Assembly (NCBI GenBank): GCA_947627065.1
Contig: CANQUN010000003.1
Coordinates: forward strand, 378-64,377
DNA from: an uncultured Clostridia bacterium
Lineage (GTDB): Bacteria > Bacillota > Clostridia > Christensenellales > Borkfalkiaceae
DNA: 64,000 nucleotides
Reading direction: 5' to 3'
Positions 31,699-40,655 of the stretch are shown here, piece by piece. The translations under genes were made by a program, and so were the position numbers. The notes below the pieces were generated by a model, which saw only the letters and a program-made list of their open reading frames with translations, was not told the origin of the DNA and made no database searches. Each line of letters starts with the position of its first letter. Positions within the stretch are counted from its first letter, which is position 1.

Positions 31699-32318
31699 TG
31701 AAGTACGAATGTTTCGGTAACGGAATTTTAGATTCCAACAGTTATCTCGTTTGCGGCAGCCGCCACGCCGTCATAATAGACGCGGGCGTCCCCGCAGAAA
31801 AACTGCTCTGCAGGGCCAACAAACTCGGCCTTGCGGTCTCGCACGTTCTTCTCACGCACGGCCATTTCGACCACACGCGCTACGTCGGCGAATACAGGAA
31901 GCACGGCATCAAGGTGGGCGTGTGCAACATGGAATTGGCTCTGCTCAAATCCCCGTTTTCCAATCTCTCGCGGGATTTTGACGAGCCGCTCAAGGGCGTT
32001 ACGGCAGATTTCACTTTCCGCGGGGGCGACTACGTAGAGGTTGGCGAACTCACTTTCAAGGTTCTTCTAACTCCCGGCCACACCGCAGGCTCGTGCAGTT
32101 TTTTGTGCGATAATGTGTGTTTTACGGGGGATACGCTGTTCCGCGGGTCGGTCGGCAGAACAGACTTTCCCACGGGCAGCGCAACCGAACTTGCCCGTTC
32201 GGTAAACGACAAGTTGCTCTCTCTCCCGCCCGAAACAATCATTCTCCCGGGACACGGCGAGGCGACCACCGCGGGAGAAGAAAAGATGACCAACCCATAT
32301 TCGGAGGCGAGATGCTGA
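31698..32318 (+). CDS. MBL-fold metallo-hydrolase
   Basis: LLTHGHFDH motif and TPGHTAGS. ATG 31698 overlaps the relA TGA. Confidence 0.85.
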   Translation: MKYECFGNGILDSNSYLVCGSRHAVIIDAGVPAEKLLCRANKLGLAVSHVLLTHGHFDHTRYVGEYRKHGIKVGVCNMELALLKSPFSNLSRDFDEPLKGVTADFTFRGGDYVEVGELTFKVLLTPGHTAGSCSFLCDNVCFTGDTLFRGSVGRTDFPTGSATELARSVNDKLLSLPPETIILPGHGEATTAGEEKMTNPYSEARC

Positions 32319-33676
32319 CAACCGACAGCGGGTTCTACCCCGACCTCAAGGAGATCGTAGACCTGTTTGAAGGCGGCGGCGCGCTCGACGTCGTTCACAC
32401 TTCCCGAGAGGAGAACGGCGTTTTCTTCAACCGCGTGCAGATATCGGACAGGACGTTTGAAACCGAAGACGTCTGCCCTTACTCCACCGCCGTCGAGAAA
32501 AAGAGATATTACAAGCGTTTTGCCAAACTTTCGCTCTACAAGGCCATCTCCGCCGTTACGGGCGAAACCATGCCGTGGGGCGCGCTGACGGGCATACGTC
32601 CCGTCAAACTCGCTTACGGCCAAGGGGAGGACAGATATTCCTTCCTGACCGACACCATGCTCGTTTCCCCCGCCAAGGCGTCGCTCGTCATGGACATAAT
32701 AGAGGCGCAGAGGGGAATTTACGAGGTGGACGGCAGCAACGTGGACTTCTTCGTCGGCATACCGTTCTGCCCCACAAGGTGCTCTTACTGCTCCTTCGTC
32801 TCGTCGGTAATCGGCAAGGCCAAAAACCTTGAAGAGTACGTTGACGCCCTCGTCAGAGAGATAGCGGCAAGCAGAGAATTGTTCACCAAACTGCGCAGCG
32901 TTTACGTGGGCGGCGGCACTCCCATATCCCTGCCGAAAACGCTGTTAATGCGTGTTTTAGGGGCTTTATCCGTTTTCCAAGGCGTTGAATACACCGTGGA
33001 AGCGGGCAGACCCGACATGATGGATAAGGACGTTTTAGCCCTCTTGAAGGACAGCGGCGTAACCCGCGTCTGCGTCAACCCGCAGAGTTTCAACGACGAC
33101 ACGCTCCGCCGCATCGGGCGTATGCACACGGCCGAGCAGGTGGAGGAGGGTTTCCGTCTTGCCCGCTCCTTCGGCTTTGACATAAACATGGACGTAATCG
33201 CCGGCTTGCCCGGCGAAAAGCCCGAGGACTTTGCCAAAACAATCGCCCGTGCGCTCGCCCTCGGTCCCGACAACATAACCGTGCACACCCTGTGCTTAAA
33301 GCGCGGCTCCGAACTTAAAGAAAGCGTGGACAGGCTGCCCGCGGGCGCCGTGGCGGAAATGGTGGACCATGCCCGTTCGGAACTGACCCGCGCGGGCTAT
33401 TCTCCTTATTACCTATACCGCCAGAAGTACATGGCGGGCAATCTCGAAAACACGGGCTACACCCTGCCCGGCAAGATTTGCGTTTACAACGTGGACGTCA
33501 TGGAAGAAACGGCTTCCAACATAGCCTGCGGCGCAAACGCCGTGTCCAAACGCGTGTTCCCCAAAGAGAACAGGATAGAACGTTACGGCGCACCCAAGGA
33601 CATTGCGTCCTACATCGCCAAACTGCCCGTCATCATCGAGGAGAAGAACAAACTGTTCTCGGGTCTCGACGGCTGA
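32312..33676 (+). CDS. HemZ/HemN-like radical SAM coproporphyrinogen-dehydrogenase family protein
   Basis: GIPFCPTRCSYCSF (CX3CX2C) and YVGGGTP. GGAGG lies before ATG 32312. relA-MBL-hemZ synteny is common in Clostridia. Confidence 0.8.
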   Translation: MLTTDSGFYPDLKEIVDLFEGGGALDVVHTSREENGVFFNRVQISDRTFETEDVCPYSTAVEKKRYYKRFAKLSLYKAISAVTGETMPWGALTGIRPVKLAYGQGEDRYSFLTDTMLVSPAKASLVMDIIEAQRGIYEVDGSNVDFFVGIPFCPTRCSYCSFVSSVIGKAKNLEEYVDALVREIAASRELFTKLRSVYVGGGTPISLPKTLLMRVLGALSVFQGVEYTVEAGRPDMMDKDVLALLKDSGVTRVCVNPQSFNDDTLRRIGRMHTAEQVEEGFRLARSFGFDINMDVIAGLPGEKPEDFAKTIARALALGPDNITVHTLCLKRGSELKESVDRLPAGAVAEMVDHARSELTRAGYSPYYLYRQKYMAGNLENTGYTLPGKICVYNVDVMEETASNIACGANAVSKRVFPKENRIERYGAPKDIASYIAKLPVIIEEKNKLFSGLDG

Positions 33677-34199
33677 TTTTGTGTCTTAACCTAAACCTCG
33701 GTTCCGGTCGTAATCGCCCGAATGTGGCCTTTTTCTCACATTTCCGCCGCTTTTCGGCACCGCTGCCCGCCGCCGCGTCCCGTTTAACAACCCGTTCAAA
33801 CCACCCCGCAAACCGTGAATACAACACGTTGCAACCCACACCCGCAACCCATTGCAACTCACACCCGCACACCGCTCAAACCTTGTTATAATCCGCGGCC
33901 GTAACCTGCATAATCCTCGCCTTAACCCGCGGCCGAACACGCCCCCGTACGGACGATTCAACCCGCCCCGCAACACGTTGCAACCCGTCCCAAATCACGA
34001 CAGCAACATGTCGCAGCAGCCCCATAAACAAAAAAATTTTGCCGTTTTGCAAAATTCCGTCAAAAACGGTTTACTTTTTATCTTGTTTATGGTAATATTT
34101 TATAGTACCCGTCGCTTGGCTTTGCGGGAACTCTGACGCATTGCCCCGGTCTCGGGCGTATCACGGGCATACCGCCCAATAAAAACGGAGGAATTGAAA

Positions 34200-34463
34200 A
34201 TGGAAAAGGAACTTAAGCAGTCGATCATCGCCGATTACGCGAGGCACGAGGGAGACACCGGTTCTTCCGAGGTGCAGATAGCGTTCCTCACCGAGAGAAT
34301 CAACCATCTCAACGAGCATCTCAAAGCCAACCCGGGAGACAAGCATTCCCGCCGCGGCCTGCTCAAGATGGTCGGTAAGAGAAAGGGTCTGCTCGACTAT
34401 CTCAAGAAGACCGACCTCGAAGGTTACAGAGCCATCATAGCCAAACTCGGTCTGAGGAAGTAA
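34200..34463 (+). CDS. rpsO: 30S ribosomal protein S15
   Basis: [60 protein letters not shown] 34187-34191 is 8 nt before ATG 34200; the track's start at 34194 is a TTG only 2 nt after the SD. Confidence 0.95.
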   Translation: MEKELKQSIIADYARHEGDTGSSEVQIAFLTERINHLNEHLKANPGDKHSRRGLLKMVGKRKGLLDYLKKTDLEGYRAIIAKLGLRK

Positions 34464-34504
34464 TTCTCCCAAGGAGAAATACTCCCGCCATAATTCAGAG
34501 TGAA

Positions 34505-34537
34505 AGGGGGTCGGTGTTTTCCGTCCCCCTGTTTTTT
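34505..34537 (+). terminator. intrinsic terminator after rpsO
   Basis: AGGGGGTCGG-tgtttt-CCGTCCCCCT followed by GTTTTTT. Confidence 0.75.
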
Positions 34538-34733
34538 GAAAAAACGGAAAAAGCCGCCCAAAACGCGCATTATTCCGCAAAAAACCCGCCCGCGCCTCGG
34601 GCATGCGCCGCGCAAACCAAACGCGCAGGAATCTGGCACGAAACGCCAAGGCAATCCTAAAACGCGACGGGCGGAGATATAAATAAAAAAACGATAAAGA
34701 GTTAAAAGCATAAAGAGTAAAAAAGGAGATAAG

Positions 34734-36833
34734 ATGCTGGAAAATTACAGAGTTTTCAAAACAGAGATCGGCGGCAGAGAAGTAACCGTCGAAACGGGCA
34801 AGTACGGCGGACAAGCCAACGGTTCCTGCCTCATAAGATGCGGGGACACCGTTGTCATGGTCAACACCTGTATGAGCGAAAAACCGAGAGACGGAATGGA
34901 TTTCTTCCCCCTGTCGGTAGATTATGAAGAAAAGATGTACGCCGTCGGCAAGATACCGGGCGGCTTCAAAAAGAGAGAGGGCCGCGCGAGCGACAAGGCC
35001 ATTCTGACCTCCCGCCTCATCGACAGGCCGATAAGGCCGCTCTTCCCCAAGGGCTTGTTCAACGACGTTACCGTCACGGCAACCGCCCTTTCGGTGGATA
35101 CCAACATTCCTCCCGAACCCTTCGCCATGCTCGGCAGTTCGGTCGCCCTCAGCATTTCGGACATTCCGTTCGCAGGCCCCACGGGATCGGTGCTCGTGGG
35201 CATGGTAGACGGTAATTACGTCATCAACCCCGATTCCGCCCAGAGAGAAAGAAGCGCGCTTTCCCTTTACCTTTCCGGCACCAAGGAAGCCATAATGATG
35301 GTTGAAGCGGGCGCCAAGGAAATAAGCGACGACGAGATGGTGGGCGCCATTCTCTTCGGCCATGAAGAAATCAAAAAGCAGTGCGCTTTCATAGAATCCA
35401 TCGTCGCCGAGGTCGGAAAACCCAAGAGGGAGATGGAACTTTACCACGTTCCCGAAGATCTGGACGCGGCCGTCCGCGCCTACGCTTCCGAAAAACTCGA
35501 TTGGGCGCTTGACACCTTTGACAGGCAGATCCGCCAGACCCGTCAGGACGAAGTGGAAAAGGACTGCATCGAGCATTTTGCCGACGTTTACGAGGGAATG
35601 GAGAGGGAAATAAAGGATTCTCTCTACTACATAACCAAAGAGAAGGTCCGCGCCAAGATAACCAACGGCGGCGTCCGCCCCGACGGCAGAAAGTTGACCG
35701 ACATCAGACCCATCTGGTGCGAACACGGCGTCCTGCCGAGAGTTCACGGCTCGGGCGTGTTCACGAGGGGACTCACTCAGGTTCTCACCACCTGCACCCT
35801 CGGCACCATAAGCGAAGTGCAGAAACTCGAAGGTCTCGACGACGAACAGTACAAGAGATACCTCCACCACTACAACATGCCCGGTTACGCTTCGGGCGAA
35901 GCCAAGCCCCTGCGCAGCCCCGGCCGCCGCGAGATAGGCCACGGCGCCCTTGCCGAACGCGCGCTCGAACCCGTCATTCCTTCCGAGGACGAGTTCCCCT
36001 ACGCCATAAGGCTGGTGTCCGAAGTTCTCTCCTCCAACGGCTCCACCTCTCAGGCCAGCGTCTGCGGCTCCACCCTCGCCCTCATGGACGCGGGCGTTCC
36101 CATCAAGGCGCCCGTCGCGGGCATAGCCATGGGCCTTATCAAGGACGTGGACAGCGGCAAGATTTCCATAATGAGCGACATACAGGGTCTTGAAGATTTC
36201 CTCGGAGACATGGACTTTAAGGTAGCGGGTACCGCAAAGGGCATAACCGCCATCCAGATGGATATAAAGATCAAGGGAATTGACGAAACCATTCTCCGCA
36301 AGGCCATATCGCAGGCCAACGAGGGCAGGCATTTCATTTTGGGCAAGATGCTCGAATGTATCCCCGAACCAAACAAGGAACTTTCCAAATACGCCCCCAA
36401 GATCATAACCTTCACCATCAACCCCGACAAGATAAGAGAAGTCATCGGCTCGGGCGGCAAGGTTATCAACAAGATTATAGAGGAAACGGGCGTCAAGATA
36501 GACATAACCGACGACGGCAAGGTCAACATAGCCACCTACGGCGAGGACATGACCAACGCCAACAGGGCAAAGGCCATAATCCTCTCCATAGCCAAGGATC
36601 TCGAAGTCGGCGACATGTTCATCTCCACCGTCGCGAGAATACTCCCCAAAGTCGGTGCTTTCGTCGAACTCTCCCCGGGTAAGGACGGCATGATTCACAT
36701 CTCCAAGATGAGCGACCACAAGATAAACAGCGTCGAGGACGTCCTGTCCATAGGCGACACCGTAAAGGTCGAAATCATCAAGATAGGAGAAAAGGGCATA
36801 GACCTCAAACTCCTCGAAAAGATGGACAACTGA
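34734..36833 (+). CDS. pnp: polyribonucleotide nucleotidyltransferase (PNPase)
   Basis: Two RNase PH domains, then KH and S1 domains (GDMFISTVARILPKVGAFVELSPGKDGMIHISK). AAGGAG RBS. Confidence 0.97.
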   Translation: MLENYRVFKTEIGGREVTVETGKYGGQANGSCLIRCGDTVVMVNTCMSEKPRDGMDFFPLSVDYEEKMYAVGKIPGGFKKREGRASDKAILTSRLIDRPIRPLFPKGLFNDVTVTATALSVDTNIPPEPFAMLGSSVALSISDIPFAGPTGSVLVGMVDGNYVINPDSAQRERSALSLYLSGTKEAIMMVEAGAKEISDDEMVGAILFGHEEIKKQCAFIESIVAEVGKPKREMELYHVPEDLDAAVRAYASEKLDWALDTFDRQIRQTRQDEVEKDCIEHFADVYEGMEREIKDSLYYITKEKVRAKITNGGVRPDGRKLTDIRPIWCEHGVLPRVHGSGVFTRGLTQVLTTCTLGTISEVQKLEGLDDEQYKRYLHHYNMPGYASGEAKPLRSPGRREIGHGALAERALEPVIPSEDEFPYAIRLVSEVLSSNGSTSQASVCGSTLALMDAGVPIKAPVAGIAMGLIKDVDSGKISIMSDIQGLEDFLGDMDFKVAGTAKGITAIQMDIKIKGIDETILRKAISQANEGRHFILGKMLECIPEPNKELSKYAPKIITFTINPDKIREVIGSGGKVINKIIEETGVKIDITDDGKVNIATYGEDMTNANRAKAIILSIAKDLEVGDMFISTVARILPKVGAFVELSPGKDGMIHISKMSDHKINSVEDVLSIGDTVKVEIIKIGEKGIDLKLLEKMDN

Positions 36834-36838
36834 TGACA

Positions 36839-36866
36839 ATCCGCGGGAGTCATCCCGCGGATTTTT
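36839..36866 (+). terminator. intrinsic terminator after pnp
   Basis: CCGCGGGA-gtca-TCCCGCGG ATTTTT. Confidence 0.85.
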
Positions 36867-36969
36867 GTATCCGAAACCCTCCGCTTTTGCGAGAAAAAGG
36901 CCACTTCTTGCTTTTTTCGCTATCCCGTCCCTTGGCCCCAACCCCAACACAACCCGCGCACCCGTACCT

Positions 36970-37557
36970 TTGGCCCCTCCCGAGGAGGGGCCGGCGTGCA
37001 CGCGCCTGAGGTGGGCAACGTACCCCAAAAACCTCATTTTTGTGAGATTCAGGCTGCTTTTGCCTCTACTTCGCCCATCAACCCGCGCCGCCGCTCTGAT
37101 CACTAAACACTAACTTGGCCCCTCCCGAGGAGGGGCTGGCGCGCACGCGCCTGAGGTGGGCAACGAACCTCGCCCATCAACCCGCGCCGCCGCTCTGATC
37201 ACTAATCACTAAACACTCGCCACTAACTTGGCCCCTCCCGAGGAGGGGCCGGCGCGCACGCGCCTGAGGTGGGCAACGTACCCCAAAAACCTCGTTTTTG
37301 TGCGATTCAGACGGCTTTTGCCTCTATCTCGCCCGTCAACCTGCCTCGCCGCTCTGATCACTAATCACTAAACACTCATCACTAACTTGGCCCCTCCCGA
37401 GGAGGGGCCGGCGCGTAGCGCCTGAGGTGGGCAACGAACCCCAAAAACCTCGATTTTGCGCGATTTAGGCGGCTTTTGGGCTAATCATACCCTTTAACCA
37501 AACCAACAATCTCAACGGTTTTGGTGTACCCTCGCCCATCAACCCGCGCCGCCGCTT
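36970..37557 (+). repeat. tandem array of 4 composite units (two-hairpin element + ~25-nt word + CTCGCCCATCAACCCGCGCCGCCGCTCTGATCACTAA..ACTAAC segment)
   Basis: Two-hairpin copies at 36970, 37115, 37228 and 37387 (unit lengths 145, 113, 159 nt). Word copies at 37037, 37295 and 37454. C segments at 37069, 37169, 37328 and a partial one at 37531. Confidence 0.85.
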
Positions 37558-37650
37558 CCTTACAGCCCCAAAAGCAACCCGCCAACCAGCGGTAATAAAC
37601 GCGGACGCCCCGCCGTATAATATACCGATTATCGAATTATAAGGCGAGAA

Positions 37651-38364
37651 ATGGGTATATTATTAAAGGGCCGCAGGCTTGCGGCCGCGTCCAATCTGCT
37701 GCTCATCGTAATAACGCTCACGGTTGCCGCCGTGTGCTTCATTCCGCAGCCCGCTGCCACCGTCTCCGCGCCCGCTCCTTATACCTGCGGCAACAGGCAG
37801 AGCAACAAAGTTTCGCTCATGTTCAACGTTTACGAAGGGGCGGAACAAGTGGGCGAAATACTCGATATTCTGCGAAATAGGGGACTTAAGGCCACTTTCT
37901 TCATGGGCGGGTGCTTTGCCGACGACCACACTGATCTGCTCGTGCGCATAGCGGCGGAGGGGCACGAACTTGCCAACCACGGTTACTTTCACATCGCGCA
38001 GGACACGGCGGACGAGGAGAGGAACCGCGAGGAAATAGAGAGCACGGATAAACTGATAAGAGCGGCAACGGGCGTAAAGCCCGTGCTGTTCGCCCCGCCG
38101 TCGGGCGCGTACGGCCCCGCCACGCTTAATGCCGCACGGCAACTCGGCTACTTCGTCGTGCTCTGGTCAAAGGACACGATAGATTGGAAGTACTCCGACC
38201 CCGACAAGGTGTACACCCGTGCGACGGACGGAATCAAGGGGGGAGACCTCGTGCTCATGCACCCCAAACCGCACACCGTGCAGGCGCTGCCGCGCATACT
38301 CGACAGGCTCGCCGCGCTCGGTCTCGTGCAGACAACTGTTTCAGAAAATATTTTCGGAGAATGA
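37651..38364 (+). CDS. polysaccharide deacetylase (NodB-homology; YlxY/PdaB-like)
   Basis: N-terminal TM, ATFFMGG, HELANHGYFH, APPSGAY. pnp-deacetylase-M16 peptidase synteny as in B. subtilis pnpA-ylxY-mlpA. Confidence 0.85.
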   Translation: MGILLKGRRLAAASNLLLIVITLTVAAVCFIPQPAATVSAPAPYTCGNRQSNKVSLMFNVYEGAEQVGEILDILRNRGLKATFFMGGCFADDHTDLLVRIAAEGHELANHGYFHIAQDTADEERNREEIESTDKLIRAATGVKPVLFAPPSGAYGPATLNAARQLGYFVVLWSKDTIDWKYSDPDKVYTRATDGIKGGDLVLMHPKPHTVQALPRILDRLAALGLVQTTVSENIFGE

Positions 38365-38366
38365 AT

Positions 38367-39596
38367 ATGGTTAAACTAAAGACATACCCCAACGGTCTCA
38401 GGCTCATCGTCAAATCGCTCGAAGGCGTGTTTTCGGTAACGGCGGGCGTGCTCGTCGGTGCGGGTTCCCGCTACGAAACGGCCGAAAACAACGGAATTTC
38501 CCACTTCATCGAGCACATGCTCTTCAAGGGAACAGAAAAGCGCACGGCGTTTGAAATTTCGGACGCCATCGACCGCATAGGCGGGCAGATCAACGCCTTT
38601 ACAACCAAGGAGACAACCTGCTATTACGTCAAGTCCACCGCCGAACACACCGAGGAAGCGGCGGAAGTCCTCGCGGACATCTTCTTCCACTCCCGCTTTG
38701 ACGAAAAGGAGACCGAACGTGAAAAGGGCGTAATCAAAGAGGAGATAAACATGTACGAGGACACGCCCGACGAACTCTGCTTTGACCTGCTTGCCGAAGC
38801 CCACTTCGGCAACAGCGGGCTGGGCGCTTCCGTCCTCGGTCCTGCGGAGAACATCGACGCCTTCACCCGCAAGGACATAGACGACTACATGGCGCGTTTT
38901 TACCTGCCCCAAAACACCGTCATCTGCTTTGCCGGCAACATAACTTTTGACGAGGCCGAACGCATCACCGACGAGTATTTTGCAAACTCCTTTCCTCAAA
39001 AAGTGGCCTTTATCCCACAGGAATCGCCCTGTCCGGTCATTTTTGGCAGAAAGGACAAGAAGAAGGAGATAGAGCAGGCGCACGTCTGTTTTGCCTACCG
39101 CGGCTGCGCTTACGGCTCGAAAGAGGTCGACTATTTCAACCTGTTCAACACCGCCCTCGGCGGCGGAATGTCAAGCGTGCTGTTCCAGAAGGTGAGGGAA
39201 GAGTTGGGGCTTGCCTACAACGTCTACTCCTTCGTTTCAACTTACAAGGACTGCGGCGTTCTCGGCGTCTACGCGGGCGTAAACCCGTCCAACCTCGACC
39301 TTGCCGTCAACTGCATTCTCGACGAAATCGCCAAATTCAAGCGCAGCGGCCTTACCGAATACGAGTTTGAACGGGCGAAGGAGCAGATAAAGGGCAACTT
39401 CATCTTCAGTCAGGAATCCAATTCCTCGCAGATGCTGCTCTACGCAAAATATCTGCTGTACACGGGCAAGATTTTCGATTTTGAAAAGAAGATACAAACC
39501 ATAAACTCGGTGGGCAGAAAAACCCTCAACGCCTTCATAAAGGACGAATTTGACATCTCCGCCTACTCCAAATCCATCGTCGCCAAGGACATCTGA
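38367..39596 (+). CDS. M16-family zinc peptidase (MlpA/YmxG-like)
   Basis: GISHFIEHMLFKGT (inverted HxxEH zinc motif). Start ATG 38367 lies 6 nt after GGAGA; ATG 38361 is the alternative. Confidence 0.88.
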   Translation: MVKLKTYPNGLRLIVKSLEGVFSVTAGVLVGAGSRYETAENNGISHFIEHMLFKGTEKRTAFEISDAIDRIGGQINAFTTKETTCYYVKSTAEHTEEAAEVLADIFFHSRFDEKETEREKGVIKEEINMYEDTPDELCFDLLAEAHFGNSGLGASVLGPAENIDAFTRKDIDDYMARFYLPQNTVICFAGNITFDEAERITDEYFANSFPQKVAFIPQESPCPVIFGRKDKKKEIEQAHVCFAYRGCAYGSKEVDYFNLFNTALGGGMSSVLFQKVREELGLAYNVYSFVSTYKDCGVLGVYAGVNPSNLDLAVNCILDEIAKFKRSGLTEYEFERAKEQIKGNFIFSQESNSSQMLLYAKYLLYTGKIFDFEKKIQTINSVGRKTLNAFIKDEFDISAYSKSIVAKDI

Positions 39597-39616
39597 CCCA
39601 GCCCTGAAACCCTCGA

Positions 39617-39818
39617 TTTTGTGCGATTCACGCGGCTTTTGGGTAACCGAACTAACACATGGCCCCTCCCGAGGAGGGGCCGGCGCGGAGCGCCTGAGGT
39701 GGGCAACGCCCCCCACAGCCAATCTGCTTCGCTGCTCTGCTCGCTAATCACTAAACACTCATCACTAACTTGGTCCCTCCCGAGGAGGGGCCGGCGCGGA
39801 GCGCCTGAGGTGGGCAAC
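39617..39818 (+). repeat. repeat cluster: one ~25-nt word and two two-hairpin elements separated by a CACTAA-rich segment
   Basis: Word at 39617-39643; two-hairpin copies at 39660-39707 and 39770-39818; GCTAATCACTAAACACTCATCACTAAC at 39743-39769. Confidence 0.8.
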
Positions 39819-40020
39819 GCCTCCAACCCGACCCGACAGCCCTTTTTTGTAAGGAGCGGCTGTTTGTCTCGCCCCCATCAAAGGCTCTCGATTATATAAA
39901 AACCCCCGATAACCTGCGAAAAAGCCCACTTATTCATCTTGTAAAGCCTCTTGTCCCGCCAAACCCAAAAACCAAACCCAACAACCAAAACCCGCCAAGC
40001 CGTTACCCAATCCAAACTCA

Positions 40021-40051
40021 AAGAAAAGAACCGTCCCTTTCGGAACGGTTC
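40021..40051 (-). terminator. intrinsic terminator after the 45-aa peptide gene
   Basis: Minus strand: GAACCGTTCC-gaaa-GGGACGGTTC followed by TTTTCTT. Confidence 0.7.
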
Positions 40052-40057
40052 TTCTTT

Positions 40058-40195
40058 TCAGGCCGAGCGGGTGCAGCCGTTCGTGCCCGAGGCGGAGAGC
40101 AGAGCGAGCAGAAGGAGCGTCTGTGTAATGTTGACGTCCCCGCCCGCCGACATCATCAGTATCAGCGCAAACAGTACGATATTGTCGGATAACAT
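40058..40195 (-). CDS. 45-aa hydrophobic peptide, function unknown; not in the ORF track
   Basis: Hand translation: MLSDNIVLFALILMMSAGGDVNITQTLLLLALLSASGTNGCTRSA. GGAGG (40202-40206) lies 6 nt upstream of the ATG and the terminator follows directly. Divergent from the arsR-family gene. Confidence 0.55.
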   Translation of the reverse strand: MLSDNIVLFALILMMSAGGDVNITQTLLLLALLSASGTNGCTRSA

Positions 40196-40266
40196 CTTAA
40201 ACCTCCATTTCGACAATTTTTCTCGTTATATCATTATATTCGGCAAAATAAGAAAATATGAACGTC

Positions 40267-40295
40267 TTGACACCTGCGCAAACGTGTAGTATCAT
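40267..40295 (+). promoter_or_regulatory. promoter TTGACA-17-TATCAT for the arsR-family gene
   Basis: TTGACA 40267-40272, TATCAT 40290-40295, AAGGAG 40302-40307, ATG 40317. Confidence 0.55.
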
Positions 40296-40316
40296 GTTTT
40301 TAAGGAGACAAAAAAC

Positions 40317-40655
40317 ATGGACAACATTCTTCAACTTGACAAAAGGACGCAAGAACTTGTGGAAAACTGCATGCTTTCCGACAGCATCCTTTCCGAACTC
40401 ACCTATTTTTTCACCATCTTTTCCGACAAGACCCGCCTCAAAATGCTTTCCGCACTCGCCGTGTCGGGAATGTGCGTCAGCGATCTTGCCAACATTCTCG
40501 GCCTCAACCAGACAACCGTATCCCATCAGCTGAGGCTTCTCAAAAACCTCGGCGCGGTCGAATGCGAGCGGAAGGGAAAGATAATCACCTATTTTCTCAA
40601 AGACGAGCTTATAGGCGACGTGCTTATGAAGGGCATGGAATTTCTCGCAATCTGA
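40317..40655 (+). CDS. ArsR/SmtB-family transcriptional regulator
   Basis: FFTIFSDKTRLKMLSALAVSGMCVSDLANILGLNQTTVSHQLRLLKNLG (winged HTH). It has a single Cys where ArsR has CVC, and no alpha-5 His cluster. Confidence 0.85.
   Translation: MDNILQLDKRTQELVENCMLSDSILSELTYFFTIFSDKTRLKMLSALAVSGMCVSDLANILGLNQTTVSHQLRLLKNLGAVECERKGKIITYFLKDELIGDVLMKGMEFLAI

Noticed and set aside
34161-37103. 980-aa minus-strand ORF, the longest non-annotated ORF in the track
   Set aside because: It lies antisense to rpsO and pnp, both of which are unambiguous, and it has a low-complexity G/V/A/R/F composition with no RBS. The same reasoning rejects 17468-18496(-), 18849-20426(-), 28244-28984(-), 30667-31533(-), 51230-52876(-), 53132-54091(-), 55217-56128(-), 56147-57145(-), 57106-58617(-), 58781-59665(-), 62208-63668(-), 7727-8836(+), 13689-14477(+) and similar ORFs.
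36970-37557. Possible CRISPR array (regularly spaced conserved hairpin-forming repeats)
   Set aside because: The units are 113-159 nt, and the sequences between the hairpins are themselves repeated modules rather than unique spacers. The same element occurs singly elsewhere, and there are no cas genes in the window.
39951-40289. 112-aa + strand ORF overlapping the small peptide gene
   Set aside because: It has no RBS and runs through the terminator hairpin and the arsR promoter. The minus-strand 45-aa ORF has the proper RBS, terminator and hydrophobic composition.
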